From Waterburya sp. (GTDB lineage Bacteria; Cyanobacteriota; Cyanobacteriia; Cyanobacteriales; Xenococcaceae), in contig CBDCJV010000002.1 of NCBI GenBank assembly GCA_965217895.1, positions 4,864,001 through 4,928,000 of the forward strand: DNA of 64,000 nucleotides. The letters are read 5' to 3'. Below, in pieces: positions 51,107-60,752 of this stretch. The position numbers and the translations under genes are program-made. Every line of letters starts with the position of its first letter. Within the stretch, counting starts at the first letter, position 1. The notes beneath the pieces are model-generated. The model saw only the letters and a program-made list of their open reading frames with translations. It searched no databases and was not told the DNA's origin.

Positions 51107-51778
51107 ATGATTATTTCCATCGACAATCTCAATCACTATTTTGGTGCAGGCGCGCTTCGCAAACAGGTCTTATTCGATATCAATTTAAAGATCAAAGCAG
51201 GAGAAATTGTAATTATGACAGGGCCTTCTGGTTCTGGTAAAACTACTCTTTTGACCTTAATGGGTGGCTTGCGCTCGGCACAAGCAGGAAGTTTAAAAAT
51301 ATTAAAACAAGAAATCTACAACGCTAGTAAACGACAATTAACCCAACTTCGCCGTCAGATTGGTTATATTTTTCAAGCGCATAATTTAATGACCTTTCTA
51401 ACAGCTAAAGAAAATGTGCGTATGTCTTTAGAATTGCATAACGAAATTTCAGATCGAGATTTAGATGATAAAGCGATCGCTATCTTAGAAAAAGTTGGCT
51501 TAGAAAATCGGGTTGATTACTATCCTGAAAGTTTATCAGGAGGACAAAAGCAAAGAGTTGCGATCGCCCGCGCCCTTGTTAGTAATCCTAAAATAGTTTT
51601 AGCAGATGAACCAACTGCTGCACTAGATAAAAAATCTGGGCGGGATGTAGTAGAGTTAATGCAGCAGTTAGCTAAAGAACAAAATTGTACCATTCTTTTG
51701 GTTACACACGATAATCGTATTTTAGATATTGCCGATCGCCTTATTTATCTGGAAGATGGTCGTTTAATTCAAAATTGA
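51107..51778 (+). CDS. devA: DevA-family ABC exporter ATPase
   Basis: GPSGSGKT, LSGGQKQR, ADEPTAALD. Confidence 0.92.
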   Translation: MIISIDNLNHYFGAGALRKQVLFDINLKIKAGEIVIMTGPSGSGKTTLLTLMGGLRSAQAGSLKILKQEIYNASKRQLTQLRRQIGYIFQAHNLMTFLTAKENVRMSLELHNEISDRDLDDKAIAILEKVGLENRVDYYPESLSGGQKQRVAIARALVSNPKIVLADEPTAALDKKSGRDVVELMQQLAKEQNCTILLVTHDNRILDIADRLIYLEDGRLIQN

Positions 51779-51826
51779 GTTGAGAAATATCCGTATGGAC
51801 AGCTTGGTAACTTTTATCATCAGTAT

Positions 51827-52963
51827 TTAGGCAGCAGAAGATAAATTATATTCCGCACTCACGACGCTACGATAATACTCCTGTAGCTGTCTAGTAGCAG
51901 CAGCCCAACCCCATTGTTCAGCTTCAGAGCGCGCGTTTTGACGTAATTTTTCTCTAATATTTGTCGCTGCCAATAAAGATTTGGTGGCGTTAATTGCACC
52001 ATCAGGATCATCTGGTTCAAACAAATAACCATTCACTCCATCTGTAACTATATCAGGAATACCGCCCGACCGAGCAGCCACTACAGGACAACCCGCAGCC
52101 ATTGCTTCGAGTAAAACTAAGCCTAGGGTTTCGGTGCGGGAAGGGAATACAAAAGCATCAGCAGAAGCAAAAGCTGAGGCTAATTCTAATCCTTGTAAAT
52201 AACCTACAAAGTTAGTCTTTGTGCCTGCAAAGTGTGCCTCTAATGACTTTTTGCTAGGACCATCTCCAACTATAGCTAAACGAGCTTCGGGAATGGCTTC
52301 AAGTACAGGCTTGATCCGATCAATCTGCTTTTCGGCTGAGACTCGACCAACATAGAGCAATAAAGGAGCTTCAGGGTTTCCTTGAGATAGACGCGATCGC
52401 ATTTGGGCAGAAGCTAAATGAGGCTGAAACATTTCTGTATCTACCCCCCGTTGCCATAGATCTACCCTTTTAATGCCGTGATTGACTAATTCTTTGACCA
52501 TCACGCTAGAGGTACAAAGATTCAATCTAGCTTTGTTATGAGCAGCTTTTAGTAATTCCCACAGCAGTCCTTCTAAAGCACCTAAACCGTAATGCTGAAG
52601 ATATTGAGGTAAATGAGTATGATAAGAAGCTACTAAAGGTATGTTCATAGTTTTAGCGTAATAAATACCGCCCACTCCTAAAAATGCAGGATTTACTACA
52701 TGGATCAAGTCTGGCTGAAACTCTTCGAGCGCATTTTTGGTTCCAATAGGAGGCAAAGCTAATTTGAGTTCTGGATATAAAGGCAGAGGAACACCTCGCA
52801 CACCATATACTTTTGCTCCTTTATATTCTGTTAAACCACCTTCTGGCGCAACTACTAAAACGCGATCGCCATTTCTTTCTAAATGTTCAATTGTATGTCT
52901 AAGACGAGTAACAATACCATCAACCTTTGGTAAAAACGTTTCTGTAAACAGGGCAATACGCAT
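51827..52963 (-). CDS. sqdX: Sulfoquinovosyltransferase (GT4)
   Basis: MRIALFTETFLPKVDGIVTRL, ASYHTHLP, ETLGLVLLEAMA. Confidence 0.88.
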   Translation of the reverse strand: MRIALFTETFLPKVDGIVTRLRHTIEHLERNGDRVLVVAPEGGLTEYKGAKVYGVRGVPLPLYPELKLALPPIGTKNALEEFQPDLIHVVNPAFLGVGGIYYAKTMNIPLVASYHTHLPQYLQHYGLGALEGLLWELLKAAHNKARLNLCTSSVMVKELVNHGIKRVDLWQRGVDTEMFQPHLASAQMRSRLSQGNPEAPLLLYVGRVSAEKQIDRIKPVLEAIPEARLAIVGDGPSKKSLEAHFAGTKTNFVGYLQGLELASAFASADAFVFPSRTETLGLVLLEAMAAGCPVVAARSGGIPDIVTDGVNGYLFEPDDPDGAINATKSLLAATNIREKLRQNARSEAEQWGWAAATRQLQEYYRSVVSAEYNLSSAA

Positions 52964-52983
52964 AATTTGTCAATTATAAATAG

Positions 52984-53036
52984 AGTCACAGATTACTCCG
53001 CCCTAAACGGACGGAGCCTGCTGTGACCGTTGGTCA
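52984..53036 (+). repeat. 53-bp structured dispersed repeat, copy 2
   Basis: 52/53 identical to 46307-46359. Confidence 0.85.
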
Positions 53037-53244
53037 GTCCAGAGTAGAAGATAATTTAGTAATATCAGTAATACTGTAGATTGCAATTTTAATCTTGATT
53101 AAGATTTTACAGCTAATTTTGGCGAGATATGCTAACAATTTCTTATATTTTCATTAATTGCCTTAACAAAGCAAAAACTGCTGCCGAGAAAAACCAGAAC
53201 AGGTTAGTATTTTTCAATAACTCTTAAAGTTTTGATACGGATTT

Positions 53245-53610
53245 ATGTCGATCAAGAAAAATTTATTACCGACAGAAATTATTCTGACACCTGCTCGTCA
53301 ATGTATTGCCAAGCTTAATATCGATCGCCGACTTCAGCCAGGCGGCTATATGGATTATGAGGGTAAAACCTATGCTATCCTCGAACGTCATCACTTTTAT
53401 CAATATCGGGTAGGGGGCTATCGTTTTAATAAAGCCACTCTTCATGTCCAAGAATCAACCAGACCAGAAGAAACTACTTTAATTGGCGATCGCTATGTAG
53501 TTGGTAACGCTAACTGTCGCTTTAATGCTCGCTCAGAAATTATGCGCTGTGCGGTTGTCCCTGAAGGTCCTTGTAAGGGATGTCGTTATTTTGAACCAAT
53601 CGATAATTAG
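53245..53610 (+). CDS. Conserved cyanobacterial protein (DUF6464-like, Cys-rich C-terminus)
   Basis: LERHH.YQY, GNANCRFNARSE..RCAV.PEGPC..C. Confidence 0.8.
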   Translation: MSIKKNLLPTEIILTPARQCIAKLNIDRRLQPGGYMDYEGKTYAILERHHFYQYRVGGYRFNKATLHVQESTRPEETTLIGDRYVVGNANCRFNARSEIMRCAVVPEGPCKGCRYFEPIDN

Positions 53611-53641
53611 CTGATGTTACGTACTCATCGATCTGTAAGAT

Positions 53642-53770
53642 TTGGAGACTTGGGGACTTGGGGGCTTGGAGACTGGGGGAAAGAATTTGCTACCTGCGTA
53701 GTTGCCCCTCGTCTCCTGTTCTCTCCGTCTCCTCGTCTTCCGCTTCCCCCGTCACCTCGTCGCCTCGTCA
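53642..53770. repeat. Inverted GC-rich octamer repeat tracts between convergent genes
   Basis: GGAGACTT/GGGGACTT-like units facing CCTCGTCT/CCCCGTCA-like units. Confidence 0.6.
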
Positions 53771-53776
53771 CAGCAG

Positions 53777-54943
53777 TTAGATTAAATGCGTAACATTAGT
53801 AATTAAATTAAGTCTCGTCCAAGATAATTTTTGTTGTTTGTCCCAATGCCAATGCAGCAGGTTAGCTGGTTGTCCAATACCAATTCCTGATAAATTAATT
53901 GCTTTGCGGGGAGATTCTGTTGCCATGGCGATCGCTTTTCCGACATCGCAACCCCACTTAACTAAATTGGCTACGCCGACTAATAAAGGTAAAGCTGTAC
54001 CTGATAATGTACCATCAGGTAATCGAGCGATGCCCTCTTTAACGGTAATCTTGCGCTCATCCCAGGGATAATCCCCGTCAGGTAAACCCATGGGAGATAG
54101 AGCATCGCTGACTAAAAAGATTCCTTGGTCATAATTACTAGCTTTTAGAATAAGTTCTAGCATTGTTGGACAAACATGATTGCCATCAGCAATTAAACCG
54201 CAATATATATGAGGATTGACAATCGCTTCGCCTAATAGTCCTGGTTGGCGATGGTGCAGAATAGGCATGGCATTAAAAGCATGAGTCACCATTGATGCAC
54301 CCCGATCAAAGGCTGTTTTTGCTTGGCTAGCTGTAGCTAGAGAATGCCCCAGACTAACGATAATATTTTGTTCTGTTAGATAATTAATTGCTGTTCGGCT
54401 GCTGTCTAATTCTGGTGCTAGAGTCATCACCTTAACAACGTGGCTGTAGTTTCCCAAAACTCTTTTAAGATTAGCAATAGTTAAAGGCAATAAATATTGC
54501 TCTGGATGTGCGCCTCGTTTTTGATAGTTTAAAAATGGCCCTTCTAAATGAACTCCTAAAACTTGTGCCATATTTTGTAAATGATCTTGGTTTGCCATAA
54601 ATTGAGCTATGGTAGCTAGCGATCGCTGTATTTTATCAACCGCCGTGGTCACAATAGTTGGTAGAAAGCCATCTATCCCTTGCTGCCAGAGGAAGTCACA
54701 GATTTGTTTTAATTTGGGTAAATCTTTTGCTTCTAGATCGCTAAAAGCTAAACCCAAGCCTCCATTAATTTGTAAATCTACTCCTCCCAAGGACAGCCAA
54801 TCGCCATTTAAATCAATGACTGACGTTGCTTTACAGGCTAGCTGAGGAGCAATCTCTGCTATTTTTCTATCTTTAATAGCAATTTGTTGTAGAGTCTGAT
54901 ATCCAGCAAGACGGGCATTAACAATTAATTGGCTGACTGTCAT
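53777..54943 (-). CDS. nagA: N-acetylglucosamine-6-phosphate deacetylase
   Basis: HLEGPF, RGAH, LAPE, GHS, THAFNAM, ADGNH. Confidence 0.93.
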   Translation of the reverse strand: MTVSQLIVNARLAGYQTLQQIAIKDRKIAEIAPQLACKATSVIDLNGDWLSLGGVDLQINGGLGLAFSDLEAKDLPKLKQICDFLWQQGIDGFLPTIVTTAVDKIQRSLATIAQFMANQDHLQNMAQVLGVHLEGPFLNYQKRGAHPEQYLLPLTIANLKRVLGNYSHVVKVMTLAPELDSSRTAINYLTEQNIIVSLGHSLATASQAKTAFDRGASMVTHAFNAMPILHHRQPGLLGEAIVNPHIYCGLIADGNHVCPTMLELILKASNYDQGIFLVSDALSPMGLPDGDYPWDERKITVKEGIARLPDGTLSGTALPLLVGVANLVKWGCDVGKAIAMATESPRKAINLSGIGIGQPANLLHWHWDKQQKLSWTRLNLITNVTHLI

Positions 54944-55025
54944 TTATGGCGTTGCTTTTTTTATTTAATATTAATAAAGGTTGCCAAACAAGATAAAATA
55001 CATAATTCAGAATTGGTAGAAAATA

Positions 55026-55550
55026 TTGACTGAAACTACGCCGTTAATTGGAATTATTATGGGCAGTGATTCTGATTTGCCGACGATGGAAAAAGCGATC
55101 GCTGTTTGTGAGGATTTTAATGTTGCTCATGAAGTAGCCATCATTTCTGCCCATCGGACTCCAGAGAGAATGGTTGGTTATGCCCGTAATGCCCACCAAA
55201 AAGGGATCAAGGTGATTATTGCTGGTGCTGGAGGTGCAGCGCATTTGCCAGGAATGGTAGCGTCTCTCACTCCTTTGCCCGTTATAGGCGTTCCCGTTAC
55301 TACTCTTCAATTAAATGGAGTAGACTCTTTGTATTCTATTGTGCAAATGCCTAGAGGTATTCCTGTTGCTACGGTCGCTATTGGCAATGCTCAAAATGCA
55401 GGATTATTAGCCGTGCAAATTTTGGCCACTGGCGATCGCCAACTACAAAAAAAAGTAGAGCAGTATCGGCAAAGTCTAGCGCAAACCGTGCTTGACAAAC
55501 AAGATCGGCTTGATAGATTAGGATACCAAACATATCTCAAAGAAATGTAA
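55026..55550 (+). CDS. purE: N5-CAIR mutase
   Basis: IMGSDSD, SAHRTP, AGAGGAAHLPG, SIVQMP. Confidence 0.97.
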   Translation: MTETTPLIGIIMGSDSDLPTMEKAIAVCEDFNVAHEVAIISAHRTPERMVGYARNAHQKGIKVIIAGAGGAAHLPGMVASLTPLPVIGVPVTTLQLNGVDSLYSIVQMPRGIPVATVAIGNAQNAGLLAVQILATGDRQLQKKVEQYRQSLAQTVLDKQDRLDRLGYQTYLKEM

Positions 55551-55750
55551 AAGTTACCGATTCTTGTTTATGGCTTGTTCTTGTAGAATTAAACCGTATG
55601 TTCAATATTAGCTAATAAAAAAATTAGTTTTTAAATGAGAAATCAGCAGAAAAACTTTACATTTCTTTACCATAGCTAAGAATTGGTGTAAACTACCTGA
55701 GAAATGTCATATATCAAATTATATCAAAAGTAAGAGGAGCAAAGGAAAAG

Positions 55751-56623
55751 ATGCAGTCGGTTCAGACACTGCGAACAGTACCAAGAGAGTATTTAAAAGC
55801 TCCTGGTGGATTCAATCCTAATGTGTTGATGGTGATTGCAGCGATTATGTTGCTAACTATCTCGACCACTGGTTATTTTCGCTGGGGATTCCCAGCTTGG
55901 TGTTGTTTTATAGCTAATGTCCTAGCATTACATTTGTCAGGAACGGTTATTCACGACGCTTCTCATAATAGCGCCCACAACAATCGTATAATTAATTCTA
56001 TCTTGGGACATTGTAGTGCTTTGATGCTGGGTTTTGCTTTCCCTGTGTTTACCAGAGTGCATCTGCAACACCACGCTCACGTAAATGATCCTGAAAACGA
56101 CCCCGATCACTTTGTTTCTACTGGTGGTCCATTATGGCTTATTGCTGCCCGTTTTTTCTATCATGAGTTTTTTTTCTTTCAAAGAAAACTATGGCGCAAA
56201 TATGAATTGCTCGAATGGTTGCTCAGCAGATTGTTTCTCGTTGCTATAGTTGCTCTAGGGATTCATTATGACTTCATCGGTTATGTAATGAACTTTTGGT
56301 TTGTACCAGCAATGGTAGTGGGGATGGCATTGGGTTTGTTTTTTGATTATCTACCCCATCGTCCGTTTCAAGAACGCGATCGCTGGAAAAATTCGCGAGT
56401 TTATCCTAGTGCAGTTTTAAATTTGCTTATTTTGGGGCAAAACTATCATTTAATTCATCATTTATGGCCTTCTATTCCTTGGTATAAGTATCAGGCAGCT
56501 TATTACGAAACTAAGTCCTTACTAGATGCTAAAGGCTGTGAGCAATCTTTAGGTCTTTGGAATAAAAACTTTTTTAGCTTTTTATACGATATATTTTTAG
56601 GAATTCGCTTTCGTAAACATTGA
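55751..56623 (+). CDS. crtR: Beta-carotene hydroxylase
   Basis: HDASH, HLQHH, FDYLPH and HLIHH histidine boxes; TVPREYL N-terminus. Confidence 0.92.
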   Translation: MQSVQTLRTVPREYLKAPGGFNPNVLMVIAAIMLLTISTTGYFRWGFPAWCCFIANVLALHLSGTVIHDASHNSAHNNRIINSILGHCSALMLGFAFPVFTRVHLQHHAHVNDPENDPDHFVSTGGPLWLIAARFFYHEFFFFQRKLWRKYELLEWLLSRLFLVAIVALGIHYDFIGYVMNFWFVPAMVVGMALGLFFDYLPHRPFQERDRWKNSRVYPSAVLNLLILGQNYHLIHHLWPSIPWYKYQAAYYETKSLLDAKGCEQSLGLWNKNFFSFLYDIFLGIRFRKH

Positions 56624-56666
56624 GATTAGCTCTTAGCTTTTAGCTTTCATAGTTTTGCAGAGCAAA

Positions 56667-57587
56667 ATGGACGATAAGTTTAAATTTAAATTTGATATTT
56701 ATCAACGTCGTTTTAAGCAACCCTTACATACTAGTCATGGTCTTTGGCAAATACGTGAGGGTATTGTTGTTAGCCTAGAAGATTCAACAGGCATTGCTCA
56801 AGGAGAAATTGCTCCTTTGCCTTCTTTTGGCTCAGAAACTATGTCTCAAGCTTTAAGTTTCTGTCAGCAGTTGGGAGATACGGTTAGTGTTAAAGATATT
56901 TTAAGTATTAGCGATCGCCTGCAATGCTGTCAATTTGCTTTTGAGTCAGCCTTACTAAACCTAAAGCAGCCTTTAGAACTAGCTGAATATACTAACTATA
57001 ATCTTGATTATTGTTATCTTTTACCCGCAGGCGATCGAGCTTTAACAAGCTGGCAGTCAATTTATCAGGCTCAATCAAATTCTACCTTTAAGTGGAAAAT
57101 TGGCGTGTATCCTTTGGCAACAGAAATTGAAATTTTAAAACAATTAGTTGCTAGTTTTCCCTCACATATTAAATTAAGACTTGATGCTAATGGAGGGTTG
57201 GATTTAACTCAGGCAAAAGCCTGGTTAGCAGTGACAGATAAATTACCAGCGATTGAATTTGTAGAACAGCCACTACCCTCTGACTGTTTTACTGAAATCT
57301 TAAAATTAAGCCAAGAATACAATACCCGAATAGCATTAGATGAATCTGTTGCTAGCTTTGCCAAACTCCAGCAAGCATATAAGCAAAAATGGCGAGGAGT
57401 GTTTGTCATTAAAGCAGCAATTATGGGTTTTCCTAGCAGAATTGAAGAGTTTTGTATCAGCAACTCTTTAGATATTGTCTTGTCCTCAGTATTTGAAACC
57501 AATGTCGGACGTAGTGCAGCGATCAAGCTTGCTCATAGATTAAATCATCCTCGTGCAGTAGGTTTTGGCATCGACCATTTTTACTAG
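56667..57587 (+). CDS. menC: o-succinylbenzoate synthase
   Basis: GEIAPLP.FGSET, FKWKIG, LRLDANG, EQP, ALDES. Confidence 0.9.
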   Translation: MDDKFKFKFDIYQRRFKQPLHTSHGLWQIREGIVVSLEDSTGIAQGEIAPLPSFGSETMSQALSFCQQLGDTVSVKDILSISDRLQCCQFAFESALLNLKQPLELAEYTNYNLDYCYLLPAGDRALTSWQSIYQAQSNSTFKWKIGVYPLATEIEILKQLVASFPSHIKLRLDANGGLDLTQAKAWLAVTDKLPAIEFVEQPLPSDCFTEILKLSQEYNTRIALDESVASFAKLQQAYKQKWRGVFVIKAAIMGFPSRIEEFCISNSLDIVLSSVFETNVGRSAAIKLAHRLNHPRAVGFGIDHFY

Positions 57588-57663
57588 CTTACTAAGCTTA
57601 TTTAATTAGTAGACGTGGGCGTAAGCAATCATTTATTTAACTTAAAATCCCGACGATATCTAA

Positions 57664-57778
57664 TATAGCCGTACAAAATTAGATTAGGACAACGAGACTG
57701 ATTGGTTCGTAAGTAAAAAGTAAAAAGTAAAAAGTAGCAATTTAACCAAACGTCCTAACGTTCGTACGTAATGCTATA
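57664..57778 (+). mobile_element. MITE family A copy
   Basis: TATAGCCG..TTAGGAC / GTCCTAA..ATGCTATA ends with AAGTAAA heptamers. Confidence 0.72.
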
Positions 57779-57808
57779 CCAAATGGAAAATAATTGGTAA
57801 TGCTATAC

Positions 57809-58798
57809 TTACCGAGCAAGTTGGGCTAAAATACTCGATTCTGGAAAAGTCATTTTTGGACTTTCTTCGAGCAAATAGTTTAAAAATGTTTCGGCAATCA
57901 CCGAAAGTTTTTTGCCTGTTAAATGAGATACAAACCAACGCCTTTTGATGGGAAAATTTTGGAAATCCAAAATAGTCAACTCGCCTAATATTCTCTCAGA
58001 AATGAGACAGTGTTCTGAAAGGATTGATATGCCTAATCCTCCTGCGATCGCCTGTTTAATCGCTTCATTACTGCCCAACTCTAGCTTGACCTTTACAGCA
58101 ATGTCATGCTGACTAAATAGCTCGAAAATTGCTTCTCTAGTTCCTGAACCTTTTTCTCTCATAACAAAAGACTGATGGTTTAATTCAGTCAAACTAATAT
58201 TTTTTTGCCCTGCTAAGGGGTGATCTTTCCTAGCGATAACAACTAAAGGATTGTTCAAAAACGGCTTACTGATTAGGTCAATATCTCGATTAGGATTACT
58301 AACTATATACAAATCATCTTTATTGTCTAGCATTCGCTGCTGAATTTCCTGATGGTTAGTTACTTGAAGTGCCACATCAACACCAGGATAATGCTGACAA
58401 AAAGAACCAAGCAGCCTGGGAACAAAATACTTGGCGGTTGTAATTACCCCCAGATTTAACTGTCCTTCTTTAGTGCCTTTGAGATCTGCCACCTTCATCT
58501 GAAAATTATTTAGCTTCTCAAAAACATCTTGGCAAGTAATGAGTAACTCTCTACCAGCATCAGTTAAGTAGAGGCTTTTACCTATTTGCTCAAATAAAGG
58601 CAAGCCGACAGCCTTAGTCAATTGCTTTACTTGGCTAGAAACAGTGGGTTGAGTAATTAGTAATTCCTCGGCTGCACGAGTAAAGCTGCCATTGCGTGCT
58701 ACCGTCTCAAATACCTTTAACTGATGCAGGGTTGCTGGAATCAAGAACCGATCCTCCTCAATGGTAATTAAATGCTTATCTGCTTTAATCATATACAA
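57809..58798 (-). CDS. ndhR: LysR (CbbR-subfamily) regulator, NdhR/CcmR-like
   Basis: ATLHQLKVFE...GSFTRAAEEL.ITQPTVSSQ, ITTAKYFVPRLLG, SNEAIKQAI. Confidence 0.8.
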   Translation of the reverse strand: MYMIKADKHLITIEEDRFLIPATLHQLKVFETVARNGSFTRAAEELLITQPTVSSQVKQLTKAVGLPLFEQIGKSLYLTDAGRELLITCQDVFEKLNNFQMKVADLKGTKEGQLNLGVITTAKYFVPRLLGSFCQHYPGVDVALQVTNHQEIQQRMLDNKDDLYIVSNPNRDIDLISKPFLNNPLVVIARKDHPLAGQKNISLTELNHQSFVMREKGSGTREAIFELFSQHDIAVKVKLELGSNEAIKQAIAGGLGISILSEHCLISERILGELTILDFQNFPIKRRWFVSHLTGKKLSVIAETFLNYLLEESPKMTFPESSILAQLAR

Positions 58799-59040
58799 AA
58801 GTCAATGTTTTGTAAAAAGATCATAATCAATTCTATATAAACATTTTAAATTAGTAAGTTTCTGTTTACTTATAGCAATGGGTACTTATAGTAATGGATA
58901 CTTATTTCTCTTCTCTTAAAGCAGGTAAGGTAAAATAAGAAAGAAAGCTAGAAACCTAGACAGAGAGTATGGTTAAATCTCGTTCGCCTTGAACAACAGT
59001 TTAATGTGTAGATACTTACTGTGAATTATACAGAGATTTA

Positions 59041-60654
59041 TTAAGACAGAGATTTGTCAATGATAATCGAGCGTATTTCTTGTCGATATTGTTTTAGTCG
59101 CTCGATCTGTAGGCGATCGCTTTCAATTGTTTTTTTTACCTCGGCTAGTTTTTCGTTGGCAGTTTCGGCGATCGTCTCAATTTGCTGTTGATAATATCTA
59201 GTTTCTTCATCCACCGCAGCAATCAGATCCCGCGTAACTTTATCTGCTGATAAGCGAATCAATATTTGGTACTTATTATCTAATGTTCGCTTTAATTCTT
59301 TACTTTGCTGTTTTAGTTTATTTGTTTTGGCATCTTGTCCTGTAAATAGATTTATAAACTGAAAAATTATAATTACAAAGCCAATCAATAGACCTTCACC
59401 TGATAGAAACCTAGTAACGAGATAAATCATTAAGCCTATGCTAGCAAACATAAACAACCTGAACCATTTACCTTGACAAAAGTGATAGTCAAAGGTTAGT
59501 TTGCTTCCTGCTTCTAAGATTGGTAAGTAAGCCAAATTAGATAACTCAAATTTAGGTGCAACAACTTTGGGTTTTATCTTCACATCGGCTAAGTGACCTA
59601 TAGATTGAAGCTCTACTGCTATTTGCGATCGCAGTTTTTTCAAGCCTCCATTAGCATAAATATTATTGCATCTATGCCATTCTTGCTCTAGATAGTTTTG
59701 AAATTTATCTTGATAAAAATCAGCTAGATATAAACAAAGCTGTGACTCGATATTATTATTTTTAACAATCGGTAATAAATAGGTATTCTTTGCTTCTTTG
59801 ATTATTTTTATTTTTGATTTATGAATAATTTCTTGTGTTGACCAAATCAAATTGTCCTGGACAAAAGGATTGATTAAAATAGCCTTGTTGTGATTTATTT
59901 CTTGCTTGATTATTTGTAAAATGTGCTGTTGCTTTTTATTGACTTTAGGAATTAGCTGATTAACTTGTTGCTGAGATTCGACTCCTTCTTGGCAATATAG
60001 TTCCTGTGATGCTCTGATTGACTGCCATTTTTGTTGATTAGCAACTTTAATACTTTTATCAATATTTCTAATTAGCTTTTGAGATAATCTTGTTTCTAAT
60101 TTAACTAAAGCTGCGGTCAATAACTGACCCAAATTGTACTTATATTGCTCAACACAAGCAGGATCTGTAACCACTAAAAAATTATCTAAAAGAAAGATAA
60201 TTTCTGACGGAAATGTATAAGATTGCTGTTTGAGCCAACTGTTTATATCTGCCTGACTATCATCGATTATAATTATTGCTATGCCAATATTTTTGGCAAG
60301 TGATTTTTCAATTAACTTTTTTTTAGCTGAGATTTGTTCATGGCGATCGCATACGAGGAAAATAAATTCGCAACCCTGTAAAATCTGCTGAATTTTTACA
60401 TCTGGGGGAATTATTTGTAGCTGATATTGCTGTTTGAGATTTACATCTTGTTCGCTAATGTCTTTTAGCTGCTTTGATAAAGATGTGTTGCAACTAACTA
60501 ATTTTATTTTTGGCTTGCTGTGAGCTAATCGATCGATAAGAGTATCTATTTCGGTAATTAAATCTAGGTAAACCGCTTTTTGCTCGACTTTTGTAGCTAG
60601 ATGTTCCTTTGCTCTAGTTAATTTTGGTGATAAACTGGATTCGATAGACTGCAT
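59041..60654 (-). CDS. Hypothetical helical/coiled-coil protein with a C-terminal TM hairpin
   Basis: 537 aa; two hydrophobic segments near residues 398-438 flanked by coiled coils. Confidence 0.7.
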   Translation of the reverse strand: MQSIESSLSPKLTRAKEHLATKVEQKAVYLDLITEIDTLIDRLAHSKPKIKLVSCNTSLSKQLKDISEQDVNLKQQYQLQIIPPDVKIQQILQGCEFIFLVCDRHEQISAKKKLIEKSLAKNIGIAIIIIDDSQADINSWLKQQSYTFPSEIIFLLDNFLVVTDPACVEQYKYNLGQLLTAALVKLETRLSQKLIRNIDKSIKVANQQKWQSIRASQELYCQEGVESQQQVNQLIPKVNKKQQHILQIIKQEINHNKAILINPFVQDNLIWSTQEIIHKSKIKIIKEAKNTYLLPIVKNNNIESQLCLYLADFYQDKFQNYLEQEWHRCNNIYANGGLKKLRSQIAVELQSIGHLADVKIKPKVVAPKFELSNLAYLPILEAGSKLTFDYHFCQGKWFRLFMFASIGLMIYLVTRFLSGEGLLIGFVIIIFQFINLFTGQDAKTNKLKQQSKELKRTLDNKYQILIRLSADKVTRDLIAAVDEETRYYQQQIETIAETANEKLAEVKKTIESDRLQIERLKQYRQEIRSIIIDKSLS

Positions 60655-60752
60655 AAAATTGCTACAGATGCGATCGCCTGAATAGTTCTAATCATTTCCT
60701 GCCTATATTAGCCAAAATAATTGTTTTCTACTGAAATTATTGAGCAAAATGT

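Noticed and set aside
58800..58840. NdhR autoregulatory site
   Set aside because: TCAATG and ATCAAT are both present but 18 bp apart, not the spacing I recall; not supportable
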